A stretch of 64,000 nucleotides of DNA, taken from Nitrospirota bacterium. Its GTDB lineage: Bacteria; Nitrospirota; UBA9217. The notes beneath the pieces are model-generated. The model ran no database searches. It saw only the letters and a program-made list of their open reading frames with translations, and had not been told where the DNA came from. Below are positions 41,118 to 50,795 of this stretch, piece by piece. The stretch's first letter is position 1; each line of letters starts with the position of its first letter. The position numbers were made by a program, and so were the translations under genes. The stretch is taken from NCBI GenBank assembly GCA_963740085.1, contig CAVUCU010000001.1, positions 864,001-928,000 of the forward strand, read 5' to 3'.

Positions 41118-41444
41118 TCACGCAAAAAGCACCGACACGTGGCCGCTCCTCCGCGTCCGGGTCGCCGGCTTGACGACGATCTGCACGTCACGGCCCAGAA
41201 GAGTCAGGCACTCAACCATCTTGGTTTCTGAGATGCCGCGGAAACGCCCCCGCAACATATTGGACAGCTTAGGTTGAGGCATGCCGAGAAGTGTCGAAGC
41301 CTGGGTTTGCGTCAGCTTGCGAAATTTGATGATTTCGGCGATTTTGGTTGCAAGCTGCGCCTTGACCAGCATCTCGTCCGCGTTCGCTGCGCCGAGATCG
41401 GCATATACATTCATGCTTCCTTTTTCAATTTTGCTCATGTTCAT
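41118..41444 (-). CDS. XRE (HTH_37-like) antitoxin
   Basis: GS.NVYADLG..A, LTQTQA..LGMPQPKLS, LGRDVQIVV. Confidence 0.88.
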   Translation of the reverse strand: MNMSKIEKGSMNVYADLGAANADEMLVKAQLATKIAEIIKFRKLTQTQASTLLGMPQPKLSNMLRGRFRGISETKMVECLTLLGRDVQIVVKPATRTRRSGHVSVLFA

Positions 41445-41785
41445 ACTCCTTCCGAATGCTGGCGGGCCAATTTCAGCCTCGCCTCGATCATGTCTTTATC
41501 CTGTTTTGACGTTTCAATGCCCTTGCGGGATTTCTTCTGGAAGCAATGCAGCACATAGACGCCATTGCTGAATTTAACGGTATACACCGAGCGATAGGTA
41601 CTGCCGTCGTAATCTTCCACAACCTCAAGCACTCCTGCCGACCCGAAACCCTTGAGTGGCTTGGCTTGCTGATGCTTATGGCCGTTCTGAGCCAAATACA
41701 ACGCATAGCCGACAACATCAACCACAGGTGCCGGCATTTCCATAAGATCTTTCTTGGATGATCCTACCCAGAACAGGGGTTTCAA
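41441..41785 (-). CDS. RelE/Gp49-like toxin
   Basis: KPL.WVGSSKKDL, AKPLKGFG, YVLHCFQKKS. Confidence 0.9.
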   Translation of the reverse strand: MKPLFWVGSSKKDLMEMPAPVVDVVGYALYLAQNGHKHQQAKPLKGFGSAGVLEVVEDYDGSTYRSVYTVKFSNGVYVLHCFQKKSRKGIETSKQDKDMIEARLKLARQHSEGV

Positions 41786-41806
41786 GTCTTCTTTTCTCCT
41801 GCCACT

Positions 41807-41834
41807 ATTATACCCAAATGGGTATAAAAAGCAA
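41807..41834 (-). promoter_or_regulatory. TA promoter with operator palindrome
   Basis: TTATACCCAaaTGGGTATAA overlaps a minus-strand TTGCTT-N16-TATAAT. Confidence 0.7.
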
Positions 41835-41984
41835 GTCTAATATCCCTCCGGCAGCAGGACTGTGAAGCCCTCATATTCCGAGAAGCAGGGCCATAGTGTA
41901 ACGGTCGTAGTGTGCGTCTGAACCGAGTGTTTGGCGATCACTTTTCGTTTTTCTTCATTCTGGCTTTGGGCTAGAATCAGCGTC

Positions 41985-42614
41985 ATGAATTTTGAGTCTG
42001 TTATTAATGCCATGAACTGCCTTCTGGCAGAAAAGCAACCTCAGCTATTTAATCGTACATGGGTACGAGTAAATGCCCCTTGCGTTTATCGTTTCATTCA
42101 AAAGGAAATTAGAATTGAAAATGGCGGCATAGACTGGGATCGTATTACCCGTGCCTTAAACCCTAAATTTCAAAAGCAATGGATCGGGTCTCTTCGTAAG
42201 AAAACAAAACCGTATCGGAACAAGGCCGAGGTCGATATTGTTCTGCAACAATACAGCAACAAACTTTATACATTCATCACCTCAGCGGACAAAAATGACG
42301 AATATATACGGGACATCATCAGCATTGCGCTTGTGAGAATCGCTCAAAAGGGAAATATTTCAGCCAAGCAAGAGATTAGCAAGTTGCTGAGCTACACGAT
42401 CGACGACTGGATTGAAAGAAATTCCAAACTATCCTGCTGGAGGGGATATGATCCATTAATTCAGACCCGGCTTGAGTGCTGCATACGTTGTTACCGATAT
42501 TCAGGGTCATTCATGCGCTACGTCTTCAAAACGCTTGAATATGCGGGCAGAGGGTTAAAACCCCTAATTGCTTATTCTTTGGACGACCCCATACATTACG
42601 GAAATAGGAGCTGA
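41985..42614 (+). CDS. Hypothetical protein with a sigma-70 region-2-like C-terminus
   Basis: 209-aa AT-rich ORF; LVRIAQKGNISAKQEI...CIRCYRYSGSFMRY. Confidence 0.7.
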   Translation: MNFESVINAMNCLLAEKQPQLFNRTWVRVNAPCVYRFIQKEIRIENGGIDWDRITRALNPKFQKQWIGSLRKKTKPYRNKAEVDIVLQQYSNKLYTFITSADKNDEYIRDIISIALVRIAQKGNISAKQEISKLLSYTIDDWIERNSKLSCWRGYDPLIQTRLECCIRCYRYSGSFMRYVFKTLEYAGRGLKPLIAYSLDDPIHYGNRS

Positions 42615-42758
42615 GTGGATAGGTAGTGGTGCCACGTTGGGCGAACGCTGCACTCTCCAGGTAACTTCTATAAAGAGAAGTCAGTGGCCGGCTATTGGGT
42701 TGAATGGCAGAAGGACAGGAAGGGATTGCTGTATGACAGCACAGCTTGATGTCGGCCA

Positions 42759-43175
42759 TTATTCGACTGTCAGATACTTGAAATCGTACACTTCGCTAAT
42801 GAGCTTAAAGTCTTTTTCGTTCTTCGTGATAAGGACCGCGCCCGTATCACGTACTGATACCGCGATAAGGATGTCCGCCAGAAGTCCTTTTATCCGCTCT
42901 CGGTCGATTTTCTTGTCCCTTCTCAGTTTCATCATGATCTCGCCACAGGTGAACCATTGACGCTCAGTAACTGAAACGACGGTGAAGTTACGTGCAATCT
43001 GATCAAGAAGCTTTTGCTCCTTCGGATCGAAAGCCCCGGCGAGCAGTTCCATCAGCACTACTGAACTGAAAGCGACATGATAATAGCGCGTGAGATTCAG
43101 AAAGGCTTCTTGCACCGTTTCTTTTCTGAAATGCTCAATGAGAAAAGAAGTATCGGGAACCGCCTTCGGTTTCAA
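42759..43175 (-). CDS. vapC: PIN-domain VapC toxin
   Basis: DTSFLI, VVLMEL.AG, ADILIA, T.NEKDF; TTG start overlapping the antitoxin stop. Confidence 0.9.
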   Translation of the reverse strand: MKPKAVPDTSFLIEHFRKETVQEAFLNLTRYYHVAFSSVVLMELLAGAFDPKEQKLLDQIARNFTVVSVTERQWFTCGEIMMKLRRDKKIDRERIKGLLADILIAVSVRDTGAVLITKNEKDFKLISEVYDFKYLTVE

Positions 43176-43369
43176 TTGAGACCCTCAAACTTGAACTTGC
43201 CGGCAGTCTGCTCGATAAACTTTCTCATCTTCTCCTGGTAGATAACCTCGGAAAGCGCTGTTTCGATTGCCTCGGTCTCCGTCTTGGAGCCGAGTATCTT
43301 CTGGGCGCTCTTGATCATTGTTTTATCCAGTCTGAAATGCTTGGCGGTTTTTTTCGTTGCGGTCTGCAT
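43172..43369 (-). CDS. vapB: VapB-like RHH antitoxin
   Basis: KHFRLD..IKSAQKILGSKTETEAIE.AL; AGGAGG RBS; palindromes at 43381-43397. Confidence 0.8.
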   Translation of the reverse strand: MQTATKKTAKHFRLDKTMIKSAQKILGSKTETEAIETALSEVIYQEKMRKFIEQTAGKFKFEGLN

Positions 43370-43553
43370 GGCCCCTCCTTTATACATGTATATACATTAT
43401 ACTATTATGTGGCTACAAGTCAAGAGGAATCTATTTCGATCCTCCGAGGTTGCCAAGGGTAAAGAAACGACCCTTTTCCATTGAATGGTTCTGAACCAAC
43501 CTCAAGACTGTTATCCGGATCAATGAATAGCTGGTCACAATTCGGAAAAAACT

Positions 43554-46175
43554 TCAGCGTTTTTCTTCCAACCATCCCTCGGTGGTACGTCGGCCGTGAG
43601 TAACACGACCAGCAACAGAATTGTCTTTGATGCTATACACAATACCGATATGACGAGCCTTCAGACCCAGCAAAGTTCGGACTTCAGAACAGACTGCCAG
43701 ATACCGTTTACTTGGGGAAAGGACTGCTGCTTCCACCCGACACCGCCCCTTTCCAAGGATTTCAGCAACTCTGGTCGTTACTGTATCCCACAATTGCTGT
43801 TCATCAGCACTTCGCGCAATACCATTAAGTAAATCAACCAACGGTTGGAGGCGCGGATTACCGCTAGTTGTCGTAAATTGGAAATGGATTGGCAGGCCGG
43901 TCAGTGCACATATCCGGATATCTTCGGGGTGGTATTTTTGTCCACTCCAAATACAGATTCTGGCTTCCATGGGAGCGCAATATTTACCCGCAGAGGACCT
44001 AATAGCGATGCTTTCGAGAATGCGAGAACTCGTTAAGCTACTTGACACCAATAACCCTTTGAGAACCCGCTTGCCTGTAACTGCGCATCTCTCTAACTCG
44101 GATGGCAAAACCCGTTTTTGAGTCACTTCGCAGGATTCCAATATCCCTGGCCGGACATATTGTCCTGTTACTGCACATTGTTCTGCTTCGGCTATGGTCA
44201 TTGATTGCCTGGTCACATAGCACTGAATGAATTCCTGCTTATGCCCGATTTTTCCAGAAACATCTGATCTGACCTGTTCGTCAACGCGATAGTACTTTCC
44301 TGACACCTCGCTAGTGGCAAGTTCGGTATTGAGAACTTCGGTTTTTGTAAAGTCACATCTTCCGAAAAATTCAGGTTCCGCCCGTTTACCGCTAAGGGCC
44401 GATGTCTTTAGGAGGGATCGTGCAACAAGGCGTCCGCTGACCTCTGACACCTCTGCTTCGTCCTTGAGAATGCGTTTTCCGCTTAATGCGCATATTACAA
44501 TAAATTCCGGCAGGGCAAATCTCGAGCTGATCTCAGACTGTGACAGGAGATGCTTTAGTACAAGTGACCCTGATATTTCGCATTTTTTGAGACATGTCTT
44601 AGGAACAGTCTTGCCTGATTTAGCACAGACAGCCAATACCGGAGCGTCGATTAATTCTCGTGTATGCGGTCGGACGTCCAGAATGGTCTCGTATTCATTT
44701 TCAGCCTCAATCGCATATTTCGCCTTTACTTTTACTTGACGATATACTTTCCCCTCAAGTGCAACAATCGTCATCTCAAGCCGCGGCGAAAACTCGTCTT
44801 CTAATTTCTTCTTTTTCCTCTCATCTGTACCTGCTGCTTTCATTTCTTCTGCTCGTCTTTCCAGGTAGAAACGGGAAAACTCAGAGATGGCAGCATCTAA
44901 TTTAGCTGCCTCGGAAAGATGACTTAAGTTGATTCCAATGGTTTTCGGATTCTCGATTGTGTGCGGTAAAGGACCCAGTCCTATACTGCCTATCTGTTCG
45001 TTATGATCGCGAGGTTCACAGTTAATTGACACAAGACGTTCATAACTGTCATAGGCAACTGTAGCCCGAACACGTATTATTGCCGTACCATCAAAATAGC
45101 GATTAACATCTTCGATTTCGATTCCTTTTGACCGGCCGTTGAAGGATACTACCCAATCGCGAGCTATCTCCTCGCTGTCCTTAGCAGGATTTCCATCTAA
45201 ATCATCGACATCATAAACTCCTGTAGCAATAACACGCCCTACTAGCCTAATGAAAGCATTAGTGCCAGGTGCATAGAGAGCACTTTTTGTGCCTTCAGGT
45301 GCATTTTCCACGAATCGTATATATTCGCGACTGCCGTCTTCTTCAACTAGATATAGGTCGTGTGCCTTGGGCGTAATGTGAGCCCCTAAACTGTCGAATG
45401 CAGCTATCGTAAAAGTAGTTGGTTCCATAGAATGGCTGGGTCTTGGCAAATTGGGAGCACGAGGCCCGATATACCCAACGCCCTCCATTCCGCCAAGCAT
45501 CGCATTTATACTAGCTTCTTCTTGTTCCAGCGTTTTTTTTGCTTCAACAATGCTTTCCTCCGCCTTGCGAGTTGCCACCTCAACGTCCTTGCCGGCAAGC
45601 GCCGCGACGACGAGCTGACGAATCCTTTCGTCAAAACTGGATGCCCCGTTTTCATCGTCATCATTGATGCCGGATGCTTCAAGCAGAGATTCAATGTCTC
45701 CGATTGCATGGGAAGCCATCTGAAGTTTTTCCATCAATCGTCCAACGATATACTCCTCAAAGGTGCCGCGAAGCATGATGTTAAATATACCGACACTAGC
45801 ATATTCAGATGCCAAGCGCTGTATGCGTCCGATACGTTGTTCAACAATCATCGGGTTCCAGGGTAGGTCATAGTTGACGAGTACATTAGCCACCTGCAGA
45901 TTGATACCTTCCGACCCCGCTTCGGTAGAAACAATAACATGGCACCCGGGCGGATTATTTTTGAAGCGCCTGATAGTCTCCTGATTTCGCGGACCCGATG
46001 ACCCATTAATAATCCCGACTTTGAGACCTTGTTTTTCCAGATAATTCACGATGGTGGTCTGAGTCTCGATACGTCCAGTAAACACTACTAGCCGCCAACG
46101 TTCCGGATTCTCCTGTTTTAATTTTTCAATAAGCCCCGCGAGTCCTATAAGCTTTGCACTTGCAGATATCGCAAA
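43554..46175 (-). pseudogene. 5'-truncated SNF2-family helicase (HelicC plus a Cys/Ser repeat tail)
   Basis: Open frame begins ..SAKLIGL..WRLVVFT; has STEAGSEGINLQ and DLPWNP..EQRIGRIQR but no Walker A/DEAx domain; upstream in-frame stop at 46197-46199. Confidence 0.8.
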
Positions 46176-46186
46176 GTTGAGTGGTG

Positions 46187-46363
46187 TGTCGGACAGCTAC
46201 GATGATTTTTGACCAGTAAGACGAACATTATCAGTCGTATACAGTGTCGGACAATTGTCCGACAACAGGGTGTGAATAAGTGGCCCAAAGCCGCAATAAA
46301 ATAGCGTCGGACAGTGTAAGACATGAAAACATTGTTGTGTTGCCAACACAGCACAACACAGCA
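46187..46363. promoter_or_regulatory. Repeat cluster upstream of xis
   Basis: TGTCGGACA at 46187, a perfect palindrome TGTCGGACAATTGTCCGACA at 46245-46264, GTCGGACA at 46306, and CAACACAGCA twice. Confidence 0.6.
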
Positions 46364-46411
46364 AATGGAGGAGTTCTTGATCAATTCTTCATGTAACAGA
46401 GTGAAAAGAGT

Positions 46412-46618
46412 ATGAGGCTGGTATCCATCAAAATAGTTGCTGAATTCCTGATGATAAAGCAATCAACGATTTATTCCTGGGTTCACAAGGGTTCAATCCC
46501 CTTTCATAGGCTGAATGGCCTGGTGCGGTTTGACATGGACGAAATCGAGGCCTGGGTAAAATCCTCGAAACAGAGCAGTGCATCCGGCAGCGATATAGAA
46601 TCAAAAAGGAACCGATGA
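46412..46618 (+). CDS. Excisionase-like HTH (HTH_17) protein
   Basis: VAEFL.IKQSTIYSWV..G.IPFHRL.GLVRFD..EIEAW; directly upstream of int. Confidence 0.88.
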   Translation: MRLVSIKIVAEFLMIKQSTIYSWVHKGSIPFHRLNGLVRFDMDEIEAWVKSSKQSSASGSDIESKRNR

Positions 46619-46727
46619 GGGGCATCGATGAAGTTGTCAGAAAGGCAATTGATGGGGTCAAGGGAAACAGGTATAATCCCTCCAACGGGAAACCAGGCCT
46701 AAATCAGGGTCTCAGGAAGGAGGACTA

Positions 46728-47798
46728 ATGGGATTGTATAAACGAGGCCAGGTCTGGTGGATGGGATTTACGTACCAGGGAAAACGGATAAAGAGATCCA
46801 CGGAAACAAAAGACAAGAAGCTGGCAGAAAAGATTCATCACAAGGTCATGACCCAGATTGCCGAGGGCAAATGGTTTGACGTTGACGAGGGAAGCAAGAG
46901 GACGTTCCTGGAGCTTGCGGAGCGGTACGAATCAACGGACTTCAAGGAACTGAAAAGCTGGCAGTCCGTTGAAAGCTACTTGAAGCAGATAAAGGAATTC
47001 TTCGGGCCGCACACCGTCTCCCAGATCAACCCTGCGCTGATCGAGGATTTCAAGCAGAAGCGAAAGTCAGCCGGGGACCAGCCTTCAACAATCGTGCGAA
47101 AGCTGACCATCCTGAAAAGGATATTCAACCTCGCAAAGAAGCGCTGGATGTGGGTAAAGGATGTTCCGCCTATCGAGATGCCTGCCAAGGCAGACAGAAA
47201 GCGGCTCCGTTACCTTTCCTTCGCAGAATACCACAAGCTGCTCGGCAAGTGCGAACCGTGGCTTCACGGACCGGTGATCGTCGCGGCCTGGACAGGGTTA
47301 CGGAAAGGCAATGTCCTGAACTTGAAGCGAAGCCAGGTGAACATCTTCAACCGAACGATCTCGCTGGACGGGTCTGAAACTAAAAATGGCGAGCATCTGA
47401 TCATCCCGGTCGCAGCGCCGGCACTTGAGGCGATCAAGGACGCCATGAAGGTGACGCACCTGAACAGCCCCTATGTGTTCTGCACAGCAGACGGCAAACC
47501 GTACTCCTCCATGGAAGTGCAGCGGGCATTCAAGGATGCTCTCACAAAAGCGGAGATTGAGGACTTCCGGTTCCATGATCTCCGGCACTGCTTTGCATCA
47601 TGGAACAGGCAGGCGGGTGTCGATCTCGACACGCTCGCCGATCTCATGGGCCACAAGGACACGCAGATGACCCGGCGCTATGCGCACATCGGGCCGCAAC
47701 ACCTTGCGGATGCGGTGGCACAGTTGGAGAAAAGCTACCTGAAATTCGGTACAATTTTGGAACAGTCCAAAGAAAAAGAGCTACAGCTTGCGCCGTAA
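46728..47798 (+). CDS. Tyrosine recombinase / phage-type integrase
   Basis: TGLR, K, FHDLRH, LMGH, RYAH catalytic set; ends 13 bp before the att copy. Confidence 0.96.
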   Translation: MGLYKRGQVWWMGFTYQGKRIKRSTETKDKKLAEKIHHKVMTQIAEGKWFDVDEGSKRTFLELAERYESTDFKELKSWQSVESYLKQIKEFFGPHTVSQINPALIEDFKQKRKSAGDQPSTIVRKLTILKRIFNLAKKRWMWVKDVPPIEMPAKADRKRLRYLSFAEYHKLLGKCEPWLHGPVIVAAWTGLRKGNVLNLKRSQVNIFNRTISLDGSETKNGEHLIIPVAAPALEAIKDAMKVTHLNSPYVFCTADGKPYSSMEVQRAFKDALTKAEIEDFRFHDLRHCFASWNRQAGVDLDTLADLMGHKDTQMTRRYAHIGPQHLADAVAQLEKSYLKFGTILEQSKEKELQLAP

Positions 47799-47811
47799 CT
47801 CTTTGATTAGT

Positions 47812-47858
47812 TGGCGTCCCCAAGGGGATTCGAACCCCTGTTATCGCCGTGAAAGGGC
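47812..47858 (-). repeat. att site: copy of the tRNA-Glu 3' half (junction of the two elements)
   Basis: 47 bp identical to 62630-62676. Confidence 0.95.
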
Positions 47859-48084
47859 AATACGGTGCATTTTCAACAAAATAACACAAGTGGGCGATTG
47901 GCAACGGTTTTGAGCTAACGTTATAAAATTACATATGAAATAATCTATTTTGGAGATTCTGTCCATTCTGTCGATTCCGTTTGTTTCTGTCCACTGAGCG
48001 GAATTCTACTACAATTCTACGACAGTCTACGACAGGTGATATATACCCCAATTCACCTTTTCTGACTTTCTATAGATACTCTGT

Positions 48085-49302
48085 TTATCTTGCCTGTGTC
48101 GGATACAACTCCGGAAAGTACCATCCTGCCGCATGGATGGGAAACCCTAATTTCACCTCTCCCTTCGGAGTATCCGAAACCAACAATCCTTCCTCAAGAA
48201 GTAGTCCCAGAACATTCCTTCCAGTACGTTCTTTCAAGCCCGAGGCCTGGATGATCTCTCCGCGCGTTGACACACCGCGTACCAGGACTTCTTGAAGCAT
48301 CCTAGACGCTTCGGTCCGGAGCGGTTCTTTTTTCCCCAATGGGCTGAGGATCATCCGCCTGTCACGAAGGTCAACGTAGTTCTTGATCCGTTGAACAAGT
48401 TCCTCCAACCGCAGCATATTGCCCATGTATTCCACCTGGTCAAGGCAAACCTCAAGAAAGAAGCGGCAAAAACGTATCAGCCCTTCATTCGACAGATTGC
48501 CTCTGCCGTCAAGGTCGTTACGGCGAGGAGCGTCCGCCCAGCTCAGCGCGGCTTTATAATCAGCGTTCCGGTGGGCAAGCCCTCGACTCACCGACCAAAG
48601 ACCGAAACCAAGTACTGGAATCCGCTGAAAATATGCTTCTGTTAAAAGCCGCACCACGCGGCCATTACCGTCGAGAAAGGGATGAATCCACATAAGCCGA
48701 TGGTGGGCGGCCGCCAGAGCAACAAGCTTTGTTGCGCCGTGATGTCGGTCCAGCGCATAAAATTCCGCGAATCTATCGAGCAAGCCCTCCAAAGAACCGC
48801 TTTCGGGAGGCACATGATAGCCCACCTTAACCGCCTCGTTGCGCAGCTCGCCCGGAACAACCCGGCTTTCCTTCCCGGTTCGCGGGTCTGTCACAATCCA
48901 GAATTCTTCCGGCAGCTGCCGGTAAAACTCCCGATGGAGATAACAGAGGAATTCACCACGCGCAACGTTGATTTCAGGTTCTTCCCTCAGTCTTTTTTCC
49001 ATATCCTTTTGAACGGCAATATGGGCGACACTTTCTATTTGAAGATTGCGTTTTGCCGGTTCGGCGTCATAATGCTTCTCCATCGCGCGCACGATGTCGT
49101 AAGGATGCGTGTTGTGCCCCTCGATCAGATTGGAATAATAGCTGTTGATAATCCGAAGCAGTTCAGTCAGCGAATTCAGCGTTACGGGATGCTGCCGATT
49201 TCCGAGAGCGGAGGATTTCTGGATCACCGTTAGCGCCAGATCTTGGAGATCCTCGGCCCCCTCGGGTAGGAGAGGTGTCATTTGATTTATTTCTGTCGTC
49301 AT
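48085..49302 (-). CDS. Fic-family protein (class II-like) with a C-terminal wHTH-like region
   Basis: HPFLDGNGRVVR catalytic motif and SNLIEG inhibitory motif. Confidence 0.92.
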   Translation of the reverse strand: MTTEINQMTPLLPEGAEDLQDLALTVIQKSSALGNRQHPVTLNSLTELLRIINSYYSNLIEGHNTHPYDIVRAMEKHYDAEPAKRNLQIESVAHIAVQKDMEKRLREEPEINVARGEFLCYLHREFYRQLPEEFWIVTDPRTGKESRVVPGELRNEAVKVGYHVPPESGSLEGLLDRFAEFYALDRHHGATKLVALAAAHHRLMWIHPFLDGNGRVVRLLTEAYFQRIPVLGFGLWSVSRGLAHRNADYKAALSWADAPRRNDLDGRGNLSNEGLIRFCRFFLEVCLDQVEYMGNMLRLEELVQRIKNYVDLRDRRMILSPLGKKEPLRTEASRMLQEVLVRGVSTRGEIIQASGLKERTGRNVLGLLLEEGLLVSDTPKGEVKLGFPIHAAGWYFPELYPTQAR

Positions 49303-49619
49303 ATAAGCTTCATTTACTGCCGATCATATTGCCGATTACAAATAGCCATAACCATACATTATAATTGACATAATATCAAGTTAAATAAAATATACAAGCG
49401 CTATATTGCCGATATGTTTGCCGTTACTATTAACGCACTGCCAGAGCCGGTTATATAATTTCAGAATTTAGCCTTTTATTCCCCGCCACCAACATATCGT
49501 TGCAAGTCCCCGAAGCTCTCACGTAGATGTATTTTGCGCACTACCGAAACGTATATCCTCATAAGGTGGGTTCCAGGGTAAAAATTGAAAACTAATTGGG
49601 GGTGCTATACTTGATGTAT

Positions 49620-50795
49620 TTACATAAGTGCCGATAATGCGGACTTGAACCATTCGAAGCCGATCCTTTCTTGCTCTAGACGCAGATTTTTGCGTATTCG
49701 GTTGTCTCGCAAATCATCATATAGTCCCATTTCCTCCCGATTCAGCCTAGACAAGTCGCGCAGTATCTGTTTCTCTTCCACTCCCCATAGCGATTCAAAT
49801 GCCCGCAAAGTGTTGCGGTCCATCAAAAATGACTCCACGTGATCGAACATGCTGCGTAACTGATCAAGGATCGCGAAGCCGTGGGTGTCAATATCACCCC
49901 AATAATATATGCGGCAGCGTGAAAGCCATTCGGCTTTGCTCAACATCTCGAAACCATATCCCGCACCGAAGATGACCAAGCTGTCCTTGACTTGCGGAAA
50001 GGCTAAGAAGTTGATCTCGTTCTCTGTAATGAAAACAAACTCAACATTGGGATCGAGTCGGGCAAAGTTCTCAGTATCAAGGGTGATGTCCTGAACAAAG
50101 GCGCCCGGCAATAGTGCGCGCTCTGGATCGAGAATGCGAAAACGGATGCGCAGCGATTTGTCACAGAATCCATAACGCTTTGCGAATTGGCTCGTTCCGG
50201 AGGCTGTCGGATCAATCGCCGTGGGCGGCAAGACTATATCCAGCAACTCAACGAGCACACCACGATGGGCTTCGATAAACTTGCTGTGTACTCCTGGTAT
50301 GTCTACCTGCCTTAAATATACGCCAGAGCATGGATGTGCCTGCATCCAATCGACGATTTCTAACAACAGACCCCACTCGTTGGAAAGCTCCAGCCCGCGC
50401 ATTGGCCGTTTGGCCAGCCAGCTCAGTAATTTTGGCTGGCGCTTGCGTGTCAAGTCGGTCAACGCAGCAAAGCGGGCGACATCTCGTTGTTTGCCGATGA
50501 GCGCCAATGCATCTTCGACGGTATCGATCCAGATTTCACTGGGTATAGAGTTTGCGCCGAACACACGGTGCTTGAACTCCCGCACCTCCACCCGGCAGTG
50601 AGACATCGCACGAAGCTCACTGATCCAGATGCGTGCTTCTTCAAAGCGATCGGCCATTTCAGATGACGTAGGACCCTTGAGCACCAAACGCTTCGGGAAT
50701 AGTGACTCTCCAGTGACACAACTGGCCAGCAGTGCCCCTCGATCCCATAACTTTTGTACCTGGGCGCGCAATTCGACCGGCCTTGTCCAAGTCAT
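49620..50795 (-). CDS. jetD: Wadjet JetD nuclease (DUF3322+DUF2220)
   Basis: [38 protein letters not shown] (TOPRIM-like). Confidence 0.92.
   Translation of the reverse strand: MTWTRPVELRAQVQKLWDRGALLASCVTGESLFPKRLVLKGPTSSEMADRFEEARIWISELRAMSHCRVEVREFKHRVFGANSIPSEIWIDTVEDALALIGKQRDVARFAALTDLTRKRQPKLLSWLAKRPMRGLELSNEWGLLLEIVDWMQAHPCSGVYLRQVDIPGVHSKFIEAHRGVLVELLDIVLPPTAIDPTASGTSQFAKRYGFCDKSLRIRFRILDPERALLPGAFVQDITLDTENFARLDPNVEFVFITENEINFLAFPQVKDSLVIFGAGYGFEMLSKAEWLSRCRIYYWGDIDTHGFAILDQLRSMFDHVESFLMDRNTLRAFESLWGVEEKQILRDLSRLNREEMGLYDDLRDNRIRKNLRLEQERIGFEWFKSALSALM

Larger units (their letters stand above)
40721..47858. mobile_element. Integrative element A (~7.1 kb) at tRNA-Glu
   Basis: Bounded by tRNA 3' repeats, xis-int next to the right att, and CAATTTTGGAACAGT at both ends. 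Confidence 0.88.

Noticed and set aside
40721-47858. tRNA genes at 40721 and 47812
   Set aside because: Only the 3' half (anticodon loop to CCA) is present. They are att repeats, not tRNAs.
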